Source of the DNA: an uncultured Sandaracinaceae bacterium
Lineage (GTDB): Bacteria > Myxococcota_A > Polyangia > Polyangiales > JAFGIB01
Assembly (NCBI GenBank): GCA_964450715.1
Contig: CAYVFC010000003.1
Span: 5,407-69,406, forward strand
DNA length: 64,000 nt
Direction of reading: 5' to 3'
Positions 33,815 through 45,748 of the stretch are shown piece after piece (the first letter of the stretch is position 1; each line of letters opens with the position of its first letter). The position numbers and the translations under genes were made by a program. The notes beneath the pieces are model-generated. The model did not search any database. It was not told the DNA's origin and was given only the letters and a program-made list of their open reading frames with translations.

Positions 33815-34591
33815 TCAGAACTTTCCGTGCTTGCCCTTGCCCTTGGCAAAGCTCTTGGCGCCCTCGGTAGACTCCCCGCTCGACAGGCTCTTCATGCCCA
33901 GGCCGTACTCTAGCGCCAGGCCCTCGTCAAAGGGACGGCCCATGCCGCGGTACACGGCCTGGCGATCGTCCCTTAAACACTGCTGCGGAAACTCGGCCAG
34001 CTCGGCGGCCAGCTTCTCGGCAGCCGCGCGCGAGCCGCCGGTCTTCACCACCCGGTTGACCAGCCCGATGTCGAGCGCCTCCTTGGCCTTGACCGGCCGG
34101 CCGGTGAGGATGAGATCCAGCGCCCGGCTCATGCCGATCAGGCGCGGCAGCCGTTGCGTTCCGCCGTCGATCAGCGGTACTCCGAAGCGCCGTTCGAAGA
34201 CGCCCAGCACCACGTCCCGTTCCGCGATCCGCAGGTCGCACCAGAGCGCCAGCTCCAGGCCTCCGGCCACGCAGTAGCCGGAGATGGCCGCGATCACCGG
34301 CTTGGAGAGCAGCATACGGGTTGGCCCCATGGGAGCGTTCGCGCTCATGTTGTGGTCGAGCCGCTCGGCCTCGTAGGTCGGGTTTCGGGCTAGCGCCTTG
34401 AGGTCGGCCCCGGCGCAAAAGGTGCCGCCCGCTCCCCAGAGGACCGCCGCGTACGCCGAGTCGTCCGCCTCGAACGCGCGAAAGGCATCGGCCAGCAGGC
34501 GCGACGTCTGGTAATCGACTGCGTTCTTCACCTTGGGGCGGTCGATGATCACCGTCGTCACCTTGCCGCTCTTCTCAACCACGACCTTCAT
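33815..34591 (-). CDS. Enoyl-CoA hydratase/isomerase (crotonase) family
   Basis: ORF 33815..34621, with start MKVVVEKSGK at 34591 preceded by AGGAGG. Motifs are TFCAGADLKA and ISGYCVAGGLELALWCD. Confidence 0.9.
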   Translation of the reverse strand: MKVVVEKSGKVTTVIIDRPKVKNAVDYQTSRLLADAFRAFEADDSAYAAVLWGAGGTFCAGADLKALARNPTYEAERLDHNMSANAPMGPTRMLLSKPVIAAISGYCVAGGLELALWCDLRIAERDVVLGVFERRFGVPLIDGGTQRLPRLIGMSRALDLILTGRPVKAKEALDIGLVNRVVKTGGSRAAAEKLAAELAEFPQQCLRDDRQAVYRGMGRPFDEGLALEYGLGMKSLSSGESTEGAKSFAKGKGKHGKF

Positions 34592-34678
34592 GTTTCGACC
34601 TCCTGGGGTTCTGCAGCGCAATACGGCGCCATCCTAGCGGAAGCGCGCCGATCTGTAAAAAGAGGCGTTCCACAATAA

Positions 34679-34705
34679 GAGATCTCTCCCTCCGGTCGAA
34701 ATGAC
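34679..34705. repeat. Family A repeat, solo right-arm half copy
   Basis: GAGATCTCTCCCTCCGGTCGAAATGAC. Confidence 0.7.
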
Positions 34706-34760
34706 ACCGAAAGGCGCGCTCGGTCTGGGCGCGCCGTTCGACCTGTCCCCGCTTCCTAAC

Positions 34761-36209
34761 TCACCCGTCCCGGGCCGTTTTTGCCTCTGCCAGCCTCGGG
34801 CCGCTCCGTGCCATCAGCTCTCGCGCGCTCTGCACCCACTTATCTCGAACGATCCGCTTCGCATTGACGCCGATCTTTCCGGCGATTTCTTCTATCTCGG
34901 CGGGCCCCCAGGCAGCGATCTGCTCGTACTGTCCGATCCCGTTGTCCTTGAGCGCGCGTTCGAAGCGCGGACCGATTCCGCGGATGCGCTTCAGATCATC
35001 CTCTGGTTCCGCCGCATCCCGGCAAGACGCCGCGGCCGGAGTCTGCAGCTGCCGGACGGTTCCCATGCGCTGCCCCTCTTCGCTTCCCTGCTCGGCCGCG
35101 GCCCGTTCCGCCCTGGGTTCTCCCTCGTCGATCTGCGCCCGTAGCTGCTGCAGCTGGTGTTTCTGCCGCTCGAGCCTCCGGTCGCGCTCTTCAATCTCCT
35201 CCTGAAGCCGCCGCAGGCGCTGCTCCTGCTGCTCGATCTTCTGTCCGCGCTCTTCAATCTCCTCCTGCAGCTGCCGAAGCCCTTGCTCTTGCCTGTCGAG
35301 CTTCTGTCCGCGCTCGTCGTTCTGTTCCCGCAGCTGTTTCAGCTGCTGCAGCTGTTGTTTCTGCTGTTCCAGCTCCCGGTCGCGTTTGGCGATCTCTGCC
35401 TGTTGCCGTTCTGTCTCGCGCGCCAGCCGGCCATTGAGCTTATCGATTTCGACCCGCAGCTCCCTGGTGTTCCGCTCGATTAGCTTCTCGCGCTCCAGGT
35501 GCTCCGCCCGTTCCTCTCGACGCCGGTTGGCCTGGAGCCTCCGCTTGAGCTCGTCGCGTTCGGCTTCAGCCGCCGCCCGCGCCCGCTGGCTGCGCTCCAG
35601 GGCGCGCGACCTCTCGGTGAGCCGCCTTTCCAGCTCGACGGTTCGCGTGCGGTAATACCTGGCCTCGTAGGCCTCCTTGGTTTCCGTCTCGCGCCGCGCG
35701 GTCAACCGATCATCGGCAAGCGGCCGGGCGGAGGTAGGCAATCCGTTCGGACTGCTCGCCCGCGTGTCCCGGTTCGAGCTCGCCGCCCGAGCGGCCTTGC
35801 CCGATGGTTGTAGGGACAGGCCCCGCTCGGCGCTGGTGTGCGCGGCAACACTGCTTGGCGACAAGTGACGCTGCAAGGAAGGCGAAAATGCGACGGTCGG
35901 CATTTTCGGCATCTTGACCGAGCCGACGGGCGGAGGCGGGGGCGGGAGGTTGACCGCCGGCGGAGGCGCTGGCGGCAGGTCGACCGCGGCGACCGCTGGC
36001 CCCCGCGGTTGGGGCGCCGCGAGCGGCCTGTCCTTGGCGCCGCCCGCCCCGAATTGGGGCAAGGCGAATTTCAGGGTCGGATCTTCGCGGTCGAGGTCGG
36101 GATCCGGCTCAGGTTGGCCGCCACGCCCCAGGCCTTGCCCGCCTTCAGAGACGGCCACCGAAGGCCTGTCGCTCTTCTCACCGCATTGCCCGTCGCTTCG
36201 CTCTTGCAT
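34761..36209 (-). CDS. Coiled-coil protein with a Pro-rich N-terminus and a C-terminal helix-hairpin-helix motif
   Basis: ORF track, 482 aa. It has long E/R/Q/L heptad-like repeats with 21-aa units. The C-terminal motif is DDLKRIRGIGPRFERALKDNGIGQYEQIAAW. The start is not well supported by an RBS. Confidence 0.7.
   Translation of the reverse strand: MQERSDGQCGEKSDRPSVAVSEGGQGLGRGGQPEPDPDLDREDPTLKFALPQFGAGGAKDRPLAAPQPRGPAVAAVDLPPAPPPAVNLPPPPPPVGSVKMPKMPTVAFSPSLQRHLSPSSVAAHTSAERGLSLQPSGKAARAASSNRDTRASSPNGLPTSARPLADDRLTARRETETKEAYEARYYRTRTVELERRLTERSRALERSQRARAAAEAERDELKRRLQANRRREERAEHLEREKLIERNTRELRVEIDKLNGRLARETERQQAEIAKRDRELEQQKQQLQQLKQLREQNDERGQKLDRQEQGLRQLQEEIEERGQKIEQQEQRLRRLQEEIEERDRRLERQKHQLQQLRAQIDEGEPRAERAAAEQGSEEGQRMGTVRQLQTPAAASCRDAAEPEDDLKRIRGIGPRFERALKDNGIGQYEQIAAWGPAEIEEIAGKIGVNAKRIVRDKWVQSARELMARSGPRLAEAKTARDG
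35184..35309. repeat. 63-bp tandem repeat (2 good units plus a degenerate third) within the coiled-coil gene
   Basis: GCGCTCTTCAATCTCCTCCTG... recurs at 35184 and 35247. It encodes EEIEERGQK(I/L)(E/D)(Q/R)QEQ(R/G)LR(R/Q)LQ units. Confidence 0.75.
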
Positions 36210-36380
36210 CGTCCGGAGATCCTCGTCGGATATTCAGATGTATCACAACCGGGCGCCAGTGGATCGCATTTCCCGTAACCCGGCGAAAATCGCGGAATTT
36301 CACCGCTGTTCGCGACGGCTTTTCGGTATACTTGCCGTCGGGCGGACCGGGTATGACCGGGTGCTCGCCCGGTGAGGGTC

Positions 36381-38663
<2,283 letters not shown>

Positions 38664-38679
38664 GGGGGGAGACCGGAAC

Positions 38680-39615
38680 ATGTCGAGGCCGCCTTTTCAG
38701 AAGGGGCTGCACCAGCTCGCCGAGCACACCTGGGTCTGGTTGCAGCCGGACGGCTCCTGGGGGTACAGCAACGCGGGGCTCATATGCGACGGCGACCGGT
38801 CGCTACTCGTCGATACGTTGTTCGATCTTCCGCTCACGCGTGAGATGCTGCGCGAGGTGATGCGCGTCACCGCGGGCCGGACCATCGATACGTTGGTCAT
38901 CACCCACGCCAACGGGGATCACTGCTGGGGCAACGAGCTCGTCGGGGGAGCCGAGATCGTCTCCTCGCAGCAGTGCGCGGAGGAGATGCAGCAGGTGGAC
39001 CCTTCCCTGTTGGCGATGCTGCTCGGATCGGAGGCACAAAGCCCGGTGATCGACTACATGAGGCGGATCTTCGCCGCCTTTGATTTCCGGGGGATAACAG
39101 TCACCTTGCCCACGCGTACCTTCGAGGGGGAGCTAGAGCTAGCCGTGGGCCAGCGGCCGGTACGCCTGATCCAGGCCGGGCCCGCCCATACGGGCGGCGA
39201 TATCATGGTACACGTGCCCGACGATCGAATCCTGTTTACCGGGGATATCCTATTCATCGGCGTCACGCCTCTGATCTGGGCCGGCCCTATCTCCAGCTGG
39301 GTTACCGCCTGCGACCGCATCCTGCAGATGGACGTGGATCATTTGGTGCCCGGCCACGGGCCGGTAACCGACAAGGCCGGAGTACAGCAGGTGCGCGACT
39401 ACCTCTGCCTGGTGGAGCGCGAGGCGACCGCGCGCTTCCAGGCCGGCATGAGCGTGGAAGAGGCGGCGCGCGACATCCCGCTCGGCCCCTTCCAGTCCTG
39501 GAAGGACAGCGAGCGTCTCGCGGTCAACGTTTACGCCAGGTATCGCGAGCTCGGCGGCGAGCAGCAGCCGGCCAGCACCATCGATCTGTTCGAGCTGATG
39601 GCCAGGCTGGCGTAG
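38680..39615 (+). CDS. MBL-fold metallo-hydrolase
   Basis: ORF track, 311 aa. Motifs are VITHANGDHCWGN (an HxHxDH variant) and PGHGP. Confidence 0.85.
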   Translation: MSRPPFQKGLHQLAEHTWVWLQPDGSWGYSNAGLICDGDRSLLVDTLFDLPLTREMLREVMRVTAGRTIDTLVITHANGDHCWGNELVGGAEIVSSQQCAEEMQQVDPSLLAMLLGSEAQSPVIDYMRRIFAAFDFRGITVTLPTRTFEGELELAVGQRPVRLIQAGPAHTGGDIMVHVPDDRILFTGDILFIGVTPLIWAGPISSWVTACDRILQMDVDHLVPGHGPVTDKAGVQQVRDYLCLVEREATARFQAGMSVEEAARDIPLGPFQSWKDSERLAVNVYARYRELGGEQQPASTIDLFELMARLA

Positions 39616-39793
39616 CGCGGCGTCGCCTTGACGCTCTGGCGACGGCGGCGGTGAAAATTCGCGCTACGAGCGGCGACCCAATGCAGTCGGTGTAGGACCC
39701 GCGTGTTGTCGCATTGACACCTACATAGGTGGATAGGTAGAGCTTCATGGCTCTATCCGCGGGGGATTCGTCTTAACAGTTGTTGGAGCTCTT

Positions 39794-41089
39794 ATGACCC
39801 GTCGCTTCTCGAATCGCTTGATAGCCGATTTTTCTCGCATCGCTCGATCCCGGAGTCGCGCATTGTGCGTATGTTGCGCTCTCGCGTTGATTTGTCTCTC
39901 CTGCTCGATCGAGCCGACGCAGCCGGACTGGTCCGGGATAAGCGGGATGGACGGTTCGGTAGCGGGCAACGGCGGCAACGGCGGACAAAACATGGACGCG
40001 GGTCCGGGCGGCTCGGGAGGCACTGGCGGTGCTGGTGGTGCCGGTGGACAGGGTGGAGCGTCGGGCACGGGCGGCCAGGGCGAGGCCGGCGGCGGAACGG
40101 CGGAATACGACGACGCGGGCAACGTCACCTACCACGACGGCGACGGGGGCGTCTGTACTTCCATGGGACAGCGGGCCGAGAACAAGGTGCAGCCGGCCGA
40201 TATCATCATCGCCGTCGACCAGTCGGGGAGCATGGATCTGGAGACGGCGTGGGTGCAGCAGCAGCTGAACGACTTTGCCAGCCTGATCACCGCGGCCGGT
40301 ATCGACGCGCACGTGGTTTTGATCGCCAGCCGGACCTCGGACAACGCGATGTGCGTGCCGCCGCCGCTGGCCGGACCCAGCTGCGCCGATAACCTGCCGG
40401 TTTTCCTGCAGGTGGACGACGGGGTGGGCAGCCACAACGCTCTGGTCAAGATCACCGGGCACGTCGCCAACTACAGCGCAATCCTGCGGCCCGACGCCTC
40501 CAAGCACTTCGTGGTCATCTCCGATGACGAATCGACCGAGATGACCGCGGCCGCCTTTGACGCCCAGATCCGCGCGGCCGACCCGGTGCTGTTCGCCTCC
40601 TACGTCTTCCACGCCATCTACTCCTTTGCCGATCCCATCTCCTCCTGCTTCACCGGCAGCCCCTGCTGCGGCATTTCCGCCGCCCCGGGCCTGGTCTACC
40701 AGCAGCTGGTCGACCAGACCGGAGGCGTGTCCGGCGACCTGTGCGCGCAGAACTTCCTGCCGGTCTGGAACGCCGTGGCCACCACGGTGATCGAGAGCAG
40801 CGGCCTGGCCTGCGAATGGGATATCCCGGATCCGCCCGACGGGGAGAGCTTCGATCCCGCCCTGGTCAACGTCAACTTCAGCACCCCGAGCGCGCCCGGG
40901 CAGTCCATCGGTTTCGTGCAGGTGCCCGACGACTGCGTGCGGACCTCAGACGGCTGGTACTACGATGACAACGATGCCCCGACCCGCATCTTCTTCTGCC
41001 CCGAGACCTGCCAGCGGATCCAGGGGCAGATCGACGCCGCGGTCGATATCGAGTTCGGCTGCAAGCAGGTCATGGCCCCACTGGAGTAG
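39794..41089 (+). CDS. Lipoprotein with a von Willebrand factor A domain
   Basis: ORF track, 431 aa. The lipobox is LICLSC, followed by a Gly-rich linker. The MIDAS motif is IIIAVDQSGSM. Confidence 0.8.
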   Translation: MTRRFSNRLIADFSRIARSRSRALCVCCALALICLSCSIEPTQPDWSGISGMDGSVAGNGGNGGQNMDAGPGGSGGTGGAGGAGGQGGASGTGGQGEAGGGTAEYDDAGNVTYHDGDGGVCTSMGQRAENKVQPADIIIAVDQSGSMDLETAWVQQQLNDFASLITAAGIDAHVVLIASRTSDNAMCVPPPLAGPSCADNLPVFLQVDDGVGSHNALVKITGHVANYSAILRPDASKHFVVISDDESTEMTAAAFDAQIRAADPVLFASYVFHAIYSFADPISSCFTGSPCCGISAAPGLVYQQLVDQTGGVSGDLCAQNFLPVWNAVATTVIESSGLACEWDIPDPPDGESFDPALVNVNFSTPSAPGQSIGFVQVPDDCVRTSDGWYYDDNDAPTRIFFCPETCQRIQGQIDAAVDIEFGCKQVMAPLE

Positions 41090-41140
41090 GTAGCGGCAAG
41101 TCCGGCAACGCGGTATATAGCCTGCCCGGAGAAGCCGAGC

Positions 41141-41836
41141 ATGGACGCGTTTGACCAGGATGCCCTGAACAGCTTCATCATCGACAACGGCGTCATCGGT
41201 TTCTTCCCCGAGGGCAGGACGCTCAAGTCCGGAAGGTTCTCTTATTGGTATGCGAACTGCCGGAACCTGGCCTCGAGCGTCGGGCGGATCGACCGTACCG
41301 CCGATTTCCTCATCGCCTTTCTGGCCGCGCGCAGCCTTGTCTGCGACTACGTATACGGGGTGCCGGCCGGCATTACCGGTTTGGCCACCGTGGTCAATTA
41401 CAAGCGGGGGATGGCCGGTGATCGCGAGCACCGGGTGGTGATAGGAAGGGAGAAACCCAAGCAGCACGGCGACCCTCGCGACCGGTACTTCATCGGAAAG
41501 GTCGAGCCGGGCGACCGGGTGGTGGTGATCGAGGACGTGACCACCACCGGCGGCTCCATGCTCAAGAGCCTCGGAGCCCTGGCCGAGGCCGGGGTCGAGG
41601 TGGCGGCAGTGGTCTCGATCGTCGACCGGATGGAGAGGCGGGACGACGGCAAGAGCGTGGCCGAGTGCGTGCAGCAGAGAGGATCGGTCTACCACTCGAT
41701 GACCGACGCGGATCAGCTCATCCCGCTGGCCATCGCCCGGTACCGTCCCGACGCGGATTTCCTTCGGCAATTCCAGCAGAGGTACAACCAGTACGCGCTG
41801 AAAACGATCGAGGTGGCGCCCAGGGAAGGTTCCTGA
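41141..41836 (+). CDS. pyrE: Orotate phosphoribosyltransferase
   Basis: ORF track, 231 aa. The PRPP-binding motif is RVVVIEDVTTTGGS. The stop overlaps the pyrF start (ATGA-type overlap). Confidence 0.85.
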   Translation: MDAFDQDALNSFIIDNGVIGFFPEGRTLKSGRFSYWYANCRNLASSVGRIDRTADFLIAFLAARSLVCDYVYGVPAGITGLATVVNYKRGMAGDREHRVVIGREKPKQHGDPRDRYFIGKVEPGDRVVVIEDVTTTGGSMLKSLGALAEAGVEVAAVVSIVDRMERRDDGKSVAECVQQRGSVYHSMTDADQLIPLAIARYRPDADFLRQFQQRYNQYALKTIEVAPREGS

Positions 41837-42591
41837 TGGTGGAGCTGAGCGAACGCGAACGGGAAGCCCGCAAGAAGCTCTGCCTTCCCCTGGACGGCCT
41901 GCAGACGATTGGGCAGGTCGAACAGCGGATCGAAGAGCTCGCGCCCTTGGTGGGGCTTTTCAAGATCGGCAAGGAGTCCTTCGTCCGTTTCGGCCCCGAG
42001 GTCGTCCGCCTGGTGCAGCGGCGCGGCGCCGAGGTCTTCCTCGATCTCAAGTTCCACGACATTCCCAATACGGTCGCCGGGGCCGCGCGGGCGGCCGCCG
42101 AGCTGGGCGTGTTCCTGTTTAATGTCCACGCCTCGGGCGGCCTGGAGATGATGACGGCGGCGGTCCAGGCGGCCAGGTCGGTGGCCCTCGGCGGCGGTGC
42201 GCCGCCGGCGAGGGTGGTCGCGGTGACGGTCCTTACCAGTCTTGATCGGGGTATACTCAACGGCGAGCTCAGGGTCGAAGGCTCCGTGGAGGAGCAGGTA
42301 CTGCACCTGGCCCGCCTGGCGGTGCGGGCGGGGTGTGACGGTATCGTCTGCTCGGCCGCGGATTTGCGGGCGATCCGGCCGAGCCTGCCCGAGGGCTTTC
42401 TCTACGTCACCCCGGGCATCAAGGGCCCCGCCACCGCGGCCGGGGCGGACCAGAAGCGGGTCTTCACTCCCGGCAAGGCGCTGCGCGCCGGCGCCGGCAT
42501 CCTGGTGGTGGGCCGGGCGATCACCGCCGCGGCCGACCCGGTGCAGGCGGCGCGCGAGGTGCTGCGCGACATGAGCGAAGATGCGCTCTAG
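41836..42591 (+). CDS. pyrF: Orotidine 5'-phosphate decarboxylase
   Basis: ORF 41665..42591, with start MVELSERE at 41836. Motifs are FKIGKE, FLDLKFHDIPNTV and ILVVGRAI. Confidence 0.9.
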   Translation: MVELSEREREARKKLCLPLDGLQTIGQVEQRIEELAPLVGLFKIGKESFVRFGPEVVRLVQRRGAEVFLDLKFHDIPNTVAGAARAAAELGVFLFNVHASGGLEMMTAAVQAARSVALGGGAPPARVVAVTVLTSLDRGILNGELRVEGSVEEQVLHLARLAVRAGCDGIVCSAADLRAIRPSLPEGFLYVTPGIKGPATAAGADQKRVFTPGKALRAGAGILVVGRAITAAADPVQAAREVLRDMSEDAL

Positions 42592-44263
42592 GGATAGTAT
42601 AATAAAATACTTGCTGAGCGAGGAGATCATCTTCGCCACCGTGTCCGGGATCCTGACCACCAAGCCCGAGCTCATCCGGCTGGTCGATCGAACCATCCCC
42701 CAGATCGGGATCATCACCACCAAGAGCTACCAGGTCCTGCCCAATCCCGGGAACCGGGAACCGATCATCGTAGAAGCCGGGGTGGGAAACTTCGGAAACG
42801 CAGTTGGGCTGCGCAATCCCGGTATGGAGGCCGGAAGCCGAGAGCTGAGCCGGTTCGAGCTCAGAGCGCTGCTCAACGTATCGCTTTCAGCCAGCTGCCC
42901 CGAGGACTTCGTCATTCTGGCGGAGAAGTTCGCCGATATAGCCGACCTCCTGGAGCTGAACTTTTCCTGCCCCCACGCCCGGGAGGGCTTCGGCTCCAGC
43001 ATCGGCTCCGACGCGCGGTTGGTAGGGCAATACCTGACGGTCATACGACGCGCGACCGACGCGGTTCTCTTTGCCAAGCTAACGCCGAACGTCGAGAACA
43101 TCGGCGAGATCGCCCGCGCGGCGGTGGCGGCCGGGGCGGACGGGATCGTCGCCATCAACACGGTCGGGCCCGAGCTGTACCTGGAAGAGAGCAGCGGAAA
43201 ACCGCTTCTCAACAACCCGCGGGGCCACCGGGGCGGCAAGTCCGGCGAGTGGATCCGTGAGATCGCCCTGGAGAAGGTGAGGGAGATCCGGCGGGCGGTG
43301 GGCGATGGCGTTCCCGTCATCGGCATGGGCGGGGTCACCTACGGGCAGGACGTCCGGAACATGATCTCGGCCGGGGCCAATGCGGTGGGCATCGGCAGCG
43401 TCCTGGCCCGGATCGAACCGGAAAAGCGGCCCGATTACTTCGCGGCGCTCATCGCTGACGTCGAAACCGGGAGCGATGCCGCCGGCGCCTTCGTCTCTCG
43501 GCAGCGGCTGGGACACTACAGGCCCTACCGAATCGCGCGCATCGAGGAGCACGGCCCGGATCTGCGGGTGTTCGAGCTCGACGGCACGCTCGACTACCGA
43601 GCGAGCCAGTTCGTCTTCATCTGGCTTTCGGAGATCAGCGCGGAGAAACCCTTTGCCGTGGCCGGCTCCGATCCCTTGACGTTTATCATCCGCAAGCGCG
43701 CTTACCATCCGGCCGAGAACCGGGGGCTTTTCACCCACGAGATCTTCCAGAAACGGGTCGGTGACCGGCTCTTCGTCCGGGGACCGTACGGCCGGCCCGC
43801 GCCGGTTACCCGCAAACCCCGGGCTTGCCTGGTAGTCGGGGGAACCGGGCTAGCGGTAGCGCCCGGGCTGGTTCAGGAGTTGGCCGAAGCCGGCAAGGAC
43901 GTCGTCGTCTACTATGGGATCGCCTCTCCCGAACAGGTCGCCTTCCGCGAGTCTATCGAGCGATTTGCCAGGTATATCCCGGTAGCGGATGAAGGCGTCA
44001 TCGGTCGGGTGCTACAGGTAATGCAAGCCGATCTGCAGGGCGAGCCGATCGGAGAGTTCTGCTTTTACAACATAGGCCCCGAGCCCATGATGAAGGCCGC
44101 TGCGGAGATCGAGCAGAAGCTGGGCGCCAGCGAGATCTACCTGTCGCTGGAGACCAACACCATGTGCGGCTACGGCATCTGCGGCGAATGCGAATGCGGC
44201 GGGAGGCTGCCTTGTCGGCAGGGGACCTTTTTTGACTACGAGTTCCTGGTCGGCCGCCTCTAG
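42581..44263 (+). CDS. pyrD: Dihydroorotate dehydrogenase class 1B catalytic domain fused to a PyrK-like FAD/[2Fe-2S] electron-transfer domain
   Basis: ORF track, 560 aa. The N-terminal half has LELNFSCPHA (Cys base) and GIVAINT. The C-terminal half has FVRGPYG, LVVGGTGLAVAP and CGYGICGECEC...C. It overlaps pyrF by 11 nt. Confidence 0.8.
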   Translation: MRSRDSIIKYLLSEEIIFATVSGILTTKPELIRLVDRTIPQIGIITTKSYQVLPNPGNREPIIVEAGVGNFGNAVGLRNPGMEAGSRELSRFELRALLNVSLSASCPEDFVILAEKFADIADLLELNFSCPHAREGFGSSIGSDARLVGQYLTVIRRATDAVLFAKLTPNVENIGEIARAAVAAGADGIVAINTVGPELYLEESSGKPLLNNPRGHRGGKSGEWIREIALEKVREIRRAVGDGVPVIGMGGVTYGQDVRNMISAGANAVGIGSVLARIEPEKRPDYFAALIADVETGSDAAGAFVSRQRLGHYRPYRIARIEEHGPDLRVFELDGTLDYRASQFVFIWLSEISAEKPFAVAGSDPLTFIIRKRAYHPAENRGLFTHEIFQKRVGDRLFVRGPYGRPAPVTRKPRACLVVGGTGLAVAPGLVQELAEAGKDVVVYYGIASPEQVAFRESIERFARYIPVADEGVIGRVLQVMQADLQGEPIGEFCFYNIGPEPMMKAAAEIEQKLGASEIYLSLETNTMCGYGICGECECGGRLPCRQGTFFDYEFLVGRL

Positions 44264-44268
44264 AGGTA

Positions 44269-44300
44269 GGGGCGGGCCTTGCGCCCGCCCTTGACTTTTT
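44269..44300 (+). terminator. Intrinsic terminator (family B GC hairpin plus T-rich tail)
   Basis: GGGCGGGC (44270-77) pairs with GCCCGCCC (44283-90), followed by TTGACTTTTT. It starts 6 nt after the pyrD-K stop, between convergent genes. Confidence 0.55.
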
Positions 44301-44320
44301 AGGGGAGGGGGCAACGGGGG

Positions 44321-45613
44321 TTAGTCGTCGAAGTCGCCTTCGGGCCCCTTGTCCGTGTCGAGCTGGGCGGCGCGCTCGATGATCTTCTCGCGCGACCACT
44401 CCGAGGGGTTCTCGAGGCGGCCCACCTTGGGACCGGGATCGTAGCCATTGACCTGCAGGATGTTCTCCACCACCAGGGGGGCGGTGTCCGCCGCGTCGAA
44501 GACATCGGTAAGCAGCGTGTAGACGAATCGCTCCACCGCCCCGGCCATCCGCTCGCGGACCTCGGCCTGCAGCCCTAAAAGCCGGTTCTCGAAGGGCAGG
44601 TTCAGCTTCTTGTAGTCGCCCGCCTTGAGCCCCTTGGACTCGGCGTGGGCGACCATTTCTTTCCAGACCTCGTCGGTCACTCCGTTGCCCTGCACCTTGC
44701 GGAGCCGGCCCTCTTCCAGGATGGCGTTGCCGAACTCGTTGACATCGACGCCCCAGGATAGCATCTGCAAAGCGGTGGCTACGTTGGCCTTGGTGGTGCG
44801 CGTCTGCTCGGCGATGGCCCGCAGCCGTTCCGAGTTGTTGCCCGAGGTGCCGTGCTGGGCACCGGAAACGCCGTAGGGCTCCAGCGCCTGGTGGACGGAC
44901 GCGGTCAGCCCTACGTCGATGCCGGCGTCGCTCTGCTCGATGCCGTGCGTGGTGCCGTTGTTGAGCGCGATCCAGTCGGGGAAGATGCCGTGTGCGTTCA
45001 GGCCCTGGATGAGGAAACGGGCCTCTGCGGGCGTGGAGAGCCCCGCCGCTCCTTTGATCTCGCCCACCTCGGTTTCCAGCCCGGCCCAGCTCGGGATGCA
45101 GGGATTGATCTCGATGTTGGCTGAAAGGTTGTCCGCGTCCGGCTGGTGGGAAGCGTCGACGGCGATGGAGGTAATACCAGCATCAAACAGCGACGGGATC
45201 TCGGTCTTGGCCCATTCCAGGTCCTTTGCGTTTTTGATCCCGTAGTGATCGGCGTGGACCGCCACCGGGACGGTGATCCCCAGCTCGTTGCAGGTGCCGT
45301 CGACCATGCGGGCCATGTTCCAGAGGCTGACCGCACAATAAGCGGCCGCTCCGCCCTCGGACTTGGCTATCTCGATGATGATGGCGGCGTTGGCCCGCTG
45401 GGCGGCCTGCAGTGCGCCGCGCATGACGAAGTAACTGCGGGCGTTGGCGGCGATGGTCATGCATTTGCCCTTGGCAATCATGGCCCGGTCGATGAACTTT
45501 CCGCTGACGATCAGGGCTTGGGAGCCGGGGAAGAGTCGCTGGACGTTGGGGGGACGGCCGATTTTCAGGGCGTTCTTGAAGGCGTTCTTGGAGATCTTTT
45601 TCCTTTTCGGCAT
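44321..45613 (-). CDS. fba: Class II fructose-bisphosphate aldolase family protein (long form)
   Basis: ORF track, 430 aa. Motifs are VAVHADHYG, NNGTTHG and AQHGTSG. The RBS AAGAGGA lies upstream. Confidence 0.8.
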   Translation of the reverse strand: MPKRKKISKNAFKNALKIGRPPNVQRLFPGSQALIVSGKFIDRAMIAKGKCMTIAANARSYFVMRGALQAAQRANAAIIIEIAKSEGGAAAYCAVSLWNMARMVDGTCNELGITVPVAVHADHYGIKNAKDLEWAKTEIPSLFDAGITSIAVDASHQPDADNLSANIEINPCIPSWAGLETEVGEIKGAAGLSTPAEARFLIQGLNAHGIFPDWIALNNGTTHGIEQSDAGIDVGLTASVHQALEPYGVSGAQHGTSGNNSERLRAIAEQTRTTKANVATALQMLSWGVDVNEFGNAILEEGRLRKVQGNGVTDEVWKEMVAHAESKGLKAGDYKKLNLPFENRLLGLQAEVRERMAGAVERFVYTLLTDVFDAADTAPLVVENILQVNGYDPGPKVGRLENPSEWSREKIIERAAQLDTDKGPEGDFDD

Positions 45614-45644
45614 GAATTCCTCTTAAGTATAGATAAATTAAATT

Positions 45645-45672
45645 AAAAAAACCGGCACCCCCGTGCCGTTTT
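45645..45672 (-). terminator. Bidirectional intrinsic terminator, stronger on the minus strand
   Basis: A7, then CGGCAC (45653-58), CCCC, GTGCCG (45663-68), then T4. On the minus strand the hairpin is followed by T7. It lies 32 nt upstream of the fba start codon. Confidence 0.5.
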
Positions 45673-45742
45673 GTATGCGAGTGTGGCAGCAGGGGGAAAG
45701 ACGCCCGCGTTCACAAGGTTCGGGGCGCCGCCGGTTATTTTG

Positions 45743-45748
45743 ATTATA
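45743..45748 (-). promoter_or_regulatory. Perfect TATAAT -10 box (minus strand) about 90 nt upstream of the terminator
   Basis: The minus strand reads GTGTTGCGGTATAATC. The -35 is weak. No ORF follows. Confidence 0.25.
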
